Positions 11,995-23,900 of a stretch of 64,000 nt of DNA are shown here, one piece after another; position 1 is the stretch's first letter; each line of letters begins with the position of its first letter. The notes beneath the pieces are model-generated. The model had not been told where the DNA came from, did no database searches, and saw only the letters and a list, made by a program, of their open reading frames with translations. Source of the stretch: Phoronis australis. Its lineage: Eukaryota; Animalia; Phoronida. Position numbers and translations under genes: made by a program. Location of the stretch: contig NMRA01000015.1 in assembly GCA_002633005.1 (NCBI GenBank), positions 318,054 through 382,053 of the forward strand, read 5' to 3'.

Positions 11995-14900
11995 GTTTAC
12001 TCACTTTACTGCCTTGTCACTTACCAATGGGATTTTTTTCAATCACTCCTTTGGCAACGCGGTCATTGATACCGTTTTCTTTTTGCTCTGAATGTTCCTC
12101 ATTTCCTCATTCGCCAAATTTGTGACTACCAAGTGACAGGCACCGTGCTGCTGGCAGAGAGAGATGGCATAAATAATGTCAGACAAGGTCACGTGTAATG
12201 AGTTATGTCATGACCCACAGAACCAATGGTAGAAGTGGAGTAAACGGGTCCCTCTTGCCAAATGGCTGCTGGGAACCAGTTTGCAGCGACCCATTTACTC
12301 CACTTTCAACTTTGACAGCACTCCTTACGCACGGCATCTACACTGTGGGGTGCCAGAGTTTCCTGATTTCGTTGATCTGAAACTTCAGTGGGTTTCAGCT
12401 TGTTGTTATCAGTTTGACAAGTGATAACAAGAGGAGTAAGTTGGCAAGCCAATTGTTTACATAGTCCAGCTCTTTCACATATTTAAAAGATTAATTATAT
12501 TTCCAACATGCGAGCACCCAGGGGGATCTCGTTTGAGCCCCCCCCCCTTTTGCAAAGTGACCAAAAAGGTCCACCTCAGAGAAACACAAACTTCGAATTA
12601 AGTAGAAAACGAGACAAAAGTTCACTGATTAAACAGACACTCAGGAACTACCAAAATTCAGCAAAATCAGCGTACAATCTAAGCTTTGAATGTACCACGT
12701 CGGTGAATTTTAGTAGCCTTTCAAAAGTTCGAGCCATCCATTTTTTAGGCTGAGTGCGCACATGTCCAAACGACGTTCAACAAATTCATGAAGGTGTGTA
12801 TTTTTTATGAAATACTATCGCCAAAAAACTTCGAGTGGCGGGAGAAAAACAGTTCAATGACTTTCAGGAAAATCATTCGACTGCTGATTCATGGGTGGCG
12901 CAGCACTGAAAAAAGTGGGGAGGGCTTAAGCCCCCTCAGACCCCCTGTGATGCACCGTCTATAGACCACGTATGACGTAGCACTGAAAAAAGTGCCCAGC
13001 CTCCTACGGTGCGTCGCCCTCGTGATTGCTTCGCTTACTGTAAACTCTGGCACCCACACAGCAATTCATGTGTACCAACGCAATAGACTTGTTGAACAAG
13101 TTTAATCGAAGGTGACTAGGTCAGATCGCCGGGATGTTGGAAATTGCTTTAAGTACTCTCATCCAGGGGAATGGTACGTCCTCATGAGATTGGATAATGA
13201 TGAAGTCGTGAATCAATTTTTACAATCTTGCTACTTTCAAAATATTCAATACACTTCTACTGAGTTAATTAATATCTACAGTTTTGTGTATTATTTGACA
13301 GATCTTGCACCCCGACTTTCCTCATGTATAGTTCTCCCCAAGCTAAGTGTTGACCTCAGGTTGGAAACCACACAGCTGCCTGGCTTTACTAAAATATTGT
13401 TTAGGGTTGTTTTTGCTTTTCCATGTTTTAAAACTTGTGCATGTCTTTCTTAATTACACAAAAACTTCAAATTTTGTTTTTGAAGCATAAAAATTGACCA
13501 ATGAATAATGAAGTTACAGTATTCTGCTAGTGAGGTGATGTAACTTGCATGTAATCATCTGTGTAAAGTTGTTCCAGCTCTCAGACACAGTGTTCTAATT
13601 AACATATGGCCTGATAAGGGCTGACTACTGCTATGTAACTGATATGGCTTAACTGAGCCCATCATTAGAGGGTAATCTTACATAACCGGACTGGCCAGGT
13701 GGTTGTCTCAGCACATTTTAAGTTTCAATATTTTGCCTAATGGGCTTAAGTATAGTATGTGCAATGTTACATACTGTCTCAAATTGGGCCATCTCAACTG
13801 GGAAGACCAGTCGTCATGGAAACTGTGTTGCTGGCTGCTGGGCTCACCCTGGGCACTCTCAGGTTTGGCTAGTCCACATAGTATATTGTGATGGTGGGAA
13901 TTACAATGCTGCGTCCAAACTCTTCATTTAAGTTTTTTAGTCCACTGGCAGACTGATTGGTCTGAAAGTGGTCTGGTGGGAAGAAACCTAAATGCTTATT
14001 TCATAATATTGAACAAACAACCATTTTGATTAATATTCTAATATTCATATTAATCAAAAGGGTTGTTTATTCAATTTTAACGATGTGTCATGGCTGACCT
14101 AAATATATAAAACTGTCCTGTACCGCAGTTATGTTGCAAAAATATATTCTAACCATTAATTTTCATCCACAGTGGAAAGGCATCTTTTGTTGGAGTAGTA
14201 ATGTACCCATCTTTCGCGTATATGCCTGCTACATAAATACTTATACTCATGCCTGCTCAGTATACGTACCTGGACCTCACTAGACACGTCCACATTGCGG
14301 GCAGACAGGGCTTTCTCCATCAGGCTCTGCCATTCTCATTTTTATTCAGCCACAACACATTATGGATTCAGAAGGATATCTCATAAAGATGGCTAGACTC
14401 GCTTTGTTTGTAACAACACTCAGTAGTCCAGTCTTCAACAATGTTTTATGTAAACCTGTTTTGCAGAATTACTTCAAACACGACAGTGCTGCTGAATTTG
14501 TTTTCCTAGCCTGTGAGAAGTTCAAACTTCCCGAAGAAGCAAGGTTTTTGACTTTGGAAATATTTGACAAGTGAGTAAGATTGGCAAGGTTAGTTGGTAC
14601 TTGAATTGTTTTGTATGCCGTGACTAAAGTTTTATTGCTGTTGATTAAAAATATTGAGCTCATGGATGCGTTTTTAAACATATCTATGATGTCAGTATTT
14701 GTTTATTCGTGATATTTATGCTCGTTATTGAGTATAAAAATTAATGTTTAAAATTAAATTATTTAAAATGAATCGTGTATTAGTACTCAAAATGAGTATA
14801 AAAATTAATGTTTAAAATTACATATTTATCAATGTGTACTTTATACTGGCTTGAGGACTGTTTTCCATATAAACCATCACTCAACTTAAGACCATGTTAA

Positions 14901-17900
14901 AAACTCATGCGAGTCTGTTTGTTATGAATATTAATGGGGATTTCTCAACTTTGGAATAACTGACATTTGACATTGTTTGAGATTAGCTTCAATAAGTCAG
15001 CTTGTTGTGGTAAGTTTATGTGGGATAATGGTCACTAGAAAAAATAAACTCAGTTCTTTCTGAACCCATAAATCAGACATGTGATTTACAATTGTTTACA
15101 TCAGTATTATAATGGTATGTGGTCTAAATCAAATGTTATTTCTTGCAATTTAGTGGATTTACTTACAAAACTGACAAATATGTTTTGAAAGCACTGGGAC
15201 CAGGCTACTGCAGTTCCATTTTCTATATTTATTTACTCAATCCATGATCTTTCAAACACAAGCACCTGATCTCCTACGTTGAAAATTTTTCAAATAAAGG
15301 ATCCCTAGTTTTTCACCAGCATTACAGGCTTGATTATCCAAAACCTATAGTGAGTAATAAAACATTTGTCTCGTCCAGGACCATAAGTCCTTTGTTAATT
15401 TAACTTACGCAAGCCCTGGGACAGTTCTATAGCTAATAAAAGGGTTCACAAAAAACTGCTTTGCTATATCAGTTTCAAAACCAGCCTGGTGTGTGTGAAC
15501 AACACCCATGATTTACAACCATCTACTAAAGAATAAGCCACTTTGCAGATTTGTTACATTACAGCCCAAAATGAGATTAACCAAAGTTTATTTTTGCTTA
15601 TGAACTGTTGACATTGACTAGTTTACACAAATCCATTACAGATTCATGTGTAAACACATTGAGGAACTGCACAAGCATGTTCAAAATACCAGCAGTAAAC
15701 TTAAAGTGCGAGACTGGCGGATGATTCAAGATAGAGTGAAAAATCAAATAATGCTACGCGCCGTTTCTAGCTGCCAACTAGCAAGCAAAATCACATCACA
15801 TTACAAGGTAATGTTTTAGACCCAGGACCCATCCAAACATCCTGTAGCCTGTTGTTTTAGACCCAGGCGCCATCCAAACACCCTGTAGCCTGTTTTATTT
15901 CCCTCATATGTACTTTTCAAATTGTTCCTGAAGTCTTAAGGTTATGCAGGAACTTAGAAAAACGTCCAAATGAGACAAACTTCGGAACATCATCTAGTCC
16001 CAAAAATGGCTGATCCGATGCTTATTTTATGCTTCGGCAGTTCTCCGAAAGCAGTTACGAATAAAAAGTTTCACTCTTACACAAGGGGCTACAAAAAATG
16101 GCACTTTTATTATGATTGACACGATAAAGCTCTTTGGTTGCATAAGGGGAAAGAAATGACACTTTAGAAAACTGTAACAGCGTTTTGAGAGCTGACATCT
16201 TTAATATTTACATTCACTTGATACTATTGGGGTCAGTTGTTTGTCTATCAATGTTTGCTAATGTTAACTGAATTGACATGGTCATGTGACCCACTTAGTG
16301 AAAAACGGGTAAAAAGTTAAAAATCCAATTCTTCAGGCTTTCTGCTTTAAGAAAATAAATTATGTGCTTGTACTGAGTTCAAATCAATATTGTAGATCTT
16401 GGCTAAAGGTTAACACAACTCCTGTTTTTGAGCTGACATTCTCCTCTAGTGGGCATTCAAAAAACATGGGCATTTTTAACAAAATGAAAGAAGCCTGACT
16501 GTAAAAAGTGGAATACAGCAATATTCACACAAAAATTAATTCACCTGGCAAAATGGCAAATTTTTCATTTTTCAACGTTAGGCAAATCTTACCCTACTAA
16601 GATTTGCATGAAGTGAGCAGACCTGTGTACCATACGCAAAAAATGCGGATTCATACGGAAATCAAGCCTCCAGTACGCAAGTACGCACGGCCAGCCAAAA
16701 ATAAGCAAATTCAGCAAATTCAAAATAGATTATTAATTCGCTTGTTTCTCAATAAATACGCCGATTTGTAGTTTAAACGGACGAGGAAGAAGATTTTAAA
16801 GTTAGAACTTAAAAAAAATATTGTAAAATCATAATTTTAGCCAAAAAGTTGAACGACAAACTCGGAAAACTTGCTTCGTTTCATTCTCGAAATAGCCTGA
16901 TAATCGGCGAATCGCGAGGCCTCTTCTACCGGTATGTGTGTCACAGGCCTAACCGATAAGCAACGACTTCTGTGATTTGTGGATTGTTTACTTCGCCTAA
17001 TTCCGGCTATTTACGGCTAAATACGTATTGTTGACAAAATGGCAAAGCATGTGGTCGCATATTCCGGGCTGTGAAGAAAGTAGCTTCTGAAAGAAGGGAA
17101 CATCTGTTTTTTTACCCCGTTATTCCAAAGAATGACAATGTCTTATTCAAGGAACCGTAGAATTTATACTGGAAGTTGTAAGGCGTGTTGTTTTTTTGCG
17201 GACATGGTGATCTGCACTGACTTTGTAGCATGTTGAGCTGACGATAATACTCAAGGCACAGTCGAGCCTCGAGGTCTTTTCGCATGCAGTACGGTGGTAC
17301 GTGTTCACAGACAATTTCAATGAATAATTGTTCAAAACTTTTGTGATTGCCTCGTCTGGTGCGAAACATTGTCTAGTGCAGATTCATCAACACATATTTG
17401 CAGATATGTTTTTGTGTTAAGAAATGATTAATCATTAGGTTAATCATTAGCCTAATGATTAGACATGTAAAGACAACTAAGTTCAGTAAGGACATTACGG
17501 ATTAACAGGATATTTTCACTTAGCGCATTTTCCTTCAATTAAACGACTTAAATTATTCTGAAAATTGGTGATCAAGTCACTGCGTGTATTTTAGAGGCAA
17601 GTAAGTAGGAAAACTGTCCTCGGGGGGAGGGGTGGGTCATTTGAGAAACCAAAAGTTTGACTAAACAGGACAAAAGTCCACTAAAGAGGCAAGTATTCGG
17701 CGAAAGCTCTGAATGTTGAACAAACCCGTTGTTTTTTTCTTTTTTTTAGTTAGTGAAAGGTCCACTGTGAAAATTAACCCCCCCCCCCATATTTTAGGGT
17801 AAATTTGGTCTGTACTCGAAAATCTGCAAATTTACTGAAAAATCTGCAAATCTGGTGTTCAGAGTACTCCAATGGAGTTTTAAGTTGGTGGTACACAGGT

Positions 17901-20900
17901 CTCAGTGAGCTCAGTAGTTGCTAATTCATGGACTTGACTGAAGGTGTGTTGGATGAGATAAGTGCGGTTGTAAACCAATGCACCTGTTTAGCGTACGAGT
18001 TTCAAATCCCAAAAACAAAACAATAAGTAAGGCAAATGACCAATATGACTATTTTTAAAATTGAAAAGTATATCAGCCGTCTTTGAATTTTTAAAATGGA
18101 TATATTCGTTATAACAGAAATTCGTTAATTTCTCCACCGCTAGACCACGAGCACAAATTTGTGAATCGATTTGATGTAGTATGACTATCATAAACAGACA
18201 CCATGAAATTTGGGGAATTTTTACAATAGTGAGTGAGCATTAGAAAAATGACAATTTCAGCCATTATTTTTATTGGTATTTGAGGAAAGTGTTACTGTAA
18301 TCGGACTAATTAAATCACTGCATTCCAAATGTTTCAGGTGGTTACGCCCTCTTCAGCAAAACGCTTTCTTGAGCAAGTGGGGCAAATATACAGCTTAGAA
18401 AGTATTCTGCAGTCTGAACTAAGAGTTTTGAAGACACTCGAGTACAGAGTATTGTTGTTATCTCCCCTTGTTTTTGTAGAAACTCTTCTGGAAACTTTAG
18501 GTAAATATTTCTGTAAAATGCATGTCACTCATAAAGGGACAGTTCATCTAACACATGTCCAGTATGCTGCTGTACATATTTGTATAACGACAGTTCATCT
18601 AACAAATGTCCAGTTTTTATGGTGCTGTGCATAAAGGGACAAATTGATTCATCTAACACACGCTCAAATTATGCTGCTGTAGGTATTACAAGCCAGCACT
18701 CTGAAGTGTTGCTGTTCATCAAGTTTCAGTAAAGCATTCTGCATGCACATTACTAATACACTTCATGTAATTAGATTCACCTCTGTACCCATGCATGGCT
18801 CATTACCTGCATGCTGGACAACTTACCTAACTGGTTTCTTGCAGAAATGAATACCAAACTTTTAGGTTAAGTTTATCGTAATCTATTTTGCCCGGGGTAC
18901 GCCACAAGCTATGTTGCAGATTGAGTAAAACAAGAGGAGGATTGCGAATAATGTCATTTATTATGACGTAAATAGATGAAACTAAATAAGACTCTGCAAC
19001 TGATGGGCATGGACAAAAGACCATAATGGCAGCATGGGAATGCTGACATCGCCCATCCGAGGAAGCGGAACCTGGGCAATAACAAGGTTAGACTATGATA
19101 AAATATAGGTAATAACAACCCATACCAAAAGACCATGTTTGCCGTAAGCTTACAGCAAACATGCCACAAGCTTGTGGCAAACATTTTTGTTTGCAGCAAA
19201 CCAGCCGCAAAGTTTGCAGGAGTTTGCCGCTACCCGCAACTCATCCGCACACATTGCCGCAACCTTGCTGCAAACACTGAAGTTTGCAGGAATATTGCGG
19301 CAAACTTGGTGATTGAAAAAGTGTTTTCGGGAAAGTTGCAGGAAACTTTATTGTTGAAAAGTGTTTGCGGGAAAGTTGCAGGAAACTTTATCAGTGAAAA
19401 AGTGTTTGCGGGGAAAGTTGCAGGAAATTTTATTGGTGAAAAGTGTTCTCAGGAATAGGTGAAAAAGTGCTTGCACGAAATTTGCAGTAAACTTCAATGT
19501 TTAAAATGTTAGCATTAAGATTGTGACAATGTTAGAAATTGTGAAATTGTTTTTTATTTTCTAAATTCCAAAGAAACCTCAAATCCGGCTCAGAACCTAT
19601 GCAGGGCAGTTACTTGTTTTAGATAACTTATTACCTAAATTTGACCTACTGTTGGGTAAGTTATGTTGTTAAAAACAGCAAATGCTCAAAGATGACCAAA
19701 TGCGACCTAAAACACTAGAGACTGGAATATTACTGCATCTGTATGTACTTTGTTCTTTATTCAGTCACTATACTTAACAAGTTTTCAACTTTCTTACTGT
19801 TGTCAAAGTCAGTGCAGCAAAATATTAAATGCAATTGCTTTAAAACAACAAAGGCAGTGTTACCTGCATGTTGTGTAAACAAGCATAATAAATATCAATA
19901 CAAACCATACACAAATATAAATGATCTAATTTTACCAAATTTGCAAGTATTAGCATTTAGAGCAATTTGTACTTTTCCAACATTTGAAATTATCTCATAA
20001 TCAGGTGGTAGTAGCCACTGTAGCTACAGTAAAATTTTGTTTATTTCGGACAAAAATATTTGCCAAAAATTATTCATTTTGATTTTTCAAGGAATTTAGC
20101 ATTGTTGTGAAGACCCACAATTTTTCAAAATATAGTCTGTCAGCAGTTATGGTACGGACTTGGATATGACTCGGGATTCCTGTGGTACTGCACATTATTT
20201 ATGAAAAAATAAGAAATTTAATTAATTTCACTAGTGTCCTTATATTACTGTTTTATGCTAGGGTTATTGTTTATTTTAATCATACTAGCCCAGCTACATG
20301 TTGAGCTGCTAGGACTGTTTTCAATGAATGACTCTTGGAATACATTAATGTTTAATGCCTCTAGGGCTGTTGATTGTTTATTTAAATTATGCTAGCCCAA
20401 CCACATGTTGATCTGGTGGGACTGTTATCAAGGAAAGCATGTGGTTGTCAAGGTTACATGCCTGGGAAGTGACCTATAAGCTTTCATTTGAACCAAATTC
20501 AAACCGGTTTTAGTAAAGCCTAGACTCTACATGGATAACTGAAGAACTGTATGGATGTGAGTTTTGAATTTAAAACTGTATTTATGTTGATGTAATTGCT
20601 AAGTAAAATTAGTACATTGGTGTATCATGAAACCATATTGGGAAGCAAAAATAATAATCGATAAAGTATTCGACAGTTTTTAAGTATTTTAGATGAACAT
20701 GGGAAAAATAAATATGTTTATAATTGTTAAGAGTGATTTTTTCAGTTGACAAGTAATGAGCTAATTTAAAATAAAATGCTTAAATATGCTCAACATGCTG
20801 TTCTAAGCTTGCCTTTCCACGGCGGAAAGTCGGGATTTCATGATTTTCTCCACTGGAATTCGACATATTTTGCGCCATTTTCAATGCTAATTTTAAACAC

Positions 20901-23900
20901 CCCGTTGGGCGCATTTCAACGCTCTGTGTTGCTGTTGTTAGTTTAGTCAGGTAAATAATATCATTGTTGCAATTATTATAGATTTTGTCGTGCGTTAAGA
21001 ATAAAACATGTTGGTATATTCTAATAAAGCATGCATACATTCAAGTTGTACGCGTTCTCTCTAGATGCAATTTTAATTGTAATACAAGTATTATTTCTAA
21101 TTAACACTGTAGACACTTTTATAGTTTCTGTTATTCATTGTCATTTGATTTTGATTTCATTTCTAGTCATTATACATCAGATTGAATGTTAAATCCAGTG
21201 TGCTGAGCTGATTGTATATTTTCTTGTTTTAACAAGCGGGCATGCAATAAAATTATGTATTTGTCAAGGGCATTTCTGCATTAAATTATTCGTGCCACAA
21301 TTCAAGTATGTTGTAGTCTTGCAGCAATATGTTTTTCTGGTGGTTCGCAGAAACTTCTATATAACCCCATGAAAATGTTTGCGGCAAGCTTGCAGCAATG
21401 TGTACGGCTGGGTTGCAGGAACTGTTCCATATAAGGACATAGAGATGTTTGCGGCAAGCTTGCAGCAATGTGTGTGGCTGGGTTGCAGGAAATGTTCCAT
21501 ATAAAGACATAGAGATGTTTGCTGCAAGTTTGCGGCAAACTTCATTTACATGGTAAAAGTTTTCTGCATGTTTGTGGCAAGCCTGCGGCAATGTATGTAT
21601 ACCTTTTCAACAGTTCATTCAAATGCTTGATGACCCATTCTATGTTTTACAGAGGTTGCTTGGATCCAGATGAAGTTAGCTTTTTATTGCTGGTCTCTAT
21701 TTTAGGTCACAACCAAAGTGGTTTGGCAGTCAACATGTACTACAGCGCATGTTTAAAAATACTGGATTTGTACTACATTCAAAGGAAACCTGTTTACAAC
21801 AAGCTTTTCCTTGTGGCCACTGGATGTAGCTATGAAACAGTCAGCGAAGACATAAAGTAGGTCTACTGGTCAACGGCTTGGTAAAAAACATTTTGCTCTT
21901 ATTTTTTAATAACTGAAATAACATGTTAATATATTTTGATAAATATTTACTTGCAATCAGTATCTACTCAAGTATTGGTATATAATGCAAAACGACGGTG
22001 ATGCAAAAATATTTGCATGACTGCCCCCCTCATTCAAATTTTACTGCATATAATCTTTGAGGGTGATCACTGTGATATGGATGGTGTACACAAGTCACGT
22101 CCTCCAGTTGTGTTCAATTCCTCTGCTAGTTGCACAATAAGGTTGAAACACATCAACAAAGGGACACAGGTTGAAATGCGCAGGTCACCAGGCTAAATGT
22201 TCATTCTCCATAAATCATTGGTCTCTACTGTAGGGGTTTCAATTAACTCACAGAAAACCATCTTTCTAACTTTCAGTAAAGCAGCTAAAACTCACATTCT
22301 GTTCAAAAAGTGAGCTTTTGTGGGACTTAAGGTTATCTCAAACCTTAAGTGGCCTCCATTCTAACTAATATATCAAAAAACCCAGGCTTTGTTAACAGAT
22401 AATAGTATATATTTTCTGAAAGAAAAAAGATCAGGAATAATAAAAATATATTTTATATTTATATGCCATTGTTAATTAATTAATACCTTTTTTGTCAAAA
22501 TTTCATTTTTAAGAAAGGTACATTCATAGCAAAATAACGCGATTTTAATGAAAACTTTTTTAAATGAAAGTTTCACTTATTACCCGGTAAAGGCTGTTGG
22601 CAATTTGCATTAAGGCAATGTATTGAAGGCATTCATTTCAGAAGCTTCTTAATTCCTTTAGGAATCAATATTCTGTTGTGGAGTGTGATCATCTGTTGTT
22701 GTCTACAGCTGTTATATCTGCAGCATCACATGTGGTGGATCCGGCCAATACTACACTGGTAAGATGAATTATAATTAACAATATTGATAATAATAATAAT
22801 ATGAATTAATAATATTAATAACAGTTAAAATATGAATTGGTAATTTTCGTTATAATTATAATGATAACAATAATAATAATAGAATTGATGACAGAGTGCT
22901 CAATTTGGTGACCTGCAGGCCTCCATGACTGACCTCAAATTGTTTATGGCTACCTGGGAAAAATCCCAGCCAAGTCTCCACAAAGATGCCGCTGGGCATT
23001 TCAATGTCAGACAATAATTCCCCACAAATTCGTTTCAAAGTTTGTGTTGACTTCCAAAATTCAAATCATTTTTATGGAAATTAATACATTTGGTTCTCCA
23101 TGCTATGAACATTCCCACTAAATAAAATTGGTTCTAACCCCGGTGGTTAAGGTAAACGGCGGGGTATGGAAAATTGAACTAGACCGTATTTATCCACCTT
23201 GGCTGAGTCGCACTCGGCTCACGATCAAAGGGATGCCGCCAGGCTGCTCTAGTCATCGAGTCACGAGCGAGGATAATTGGCTTCGCTCATGCGGATATGA
23301 TCAGCTGATTACAATCTAGCTAGCAGACTGTACTTTTTATGGTGAGAGTTTTACGTAGTTTTTACTGTAATATTTGAAAAGAGGAGCGAAAACAAATATG
23401 AGTACAACTTTGAATTTTTCAAATCGGCCCAGGATAAGAGATTTTGCAACACAGCANNNNNNNNNNNNNNNNNNNNNNNNNNNNNNNNNNNNNNNNNNNN
23501 NNNNNNNNNNNNNNNNNNNNNNNNNNNNNNNNNNNNNNNNNNNNNNNNNNNNNNNNNNNNNNNNNNNNNNNNNNNNNNNNNNNNNNNNNNNNNNNNNNNN
23601 NNNNNNNNNNNNNNNNNNNNNNNNNNNNNNNNNNNNNNNNNNNNNNNNNNNNNNNNNNNNNNNNNNNNNNNNNNNNNNNNNNNNNNNNNNNNNNNNNNNN
23701 NNNNNNNNNNNNNNNNNNNNNNNNNNNNNNNNNNNNNNNNNNNNNNNNNNNNNNNNNNNNNNNNNNNNNNNNNNNNNNNNNNNNNNNNNNNNNNNNNNNN
23801 NNNNNNNNNNNNNNNNNNNNNNNNNNNNNNNNNNNNNNNNNNNNNNNNNNNNNNNNNNNNNNNNNNNNNNNNNNNNNNNNNNNNNNNNNNNNNNNNNNNN

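Noticed and set aside
19135-19458. ORFs rich in CRKLAAN-type repeats (also 21286-21591 and 30326-30996)
   Set aside because: They are translations of EnSpm-like subterminal repeats.
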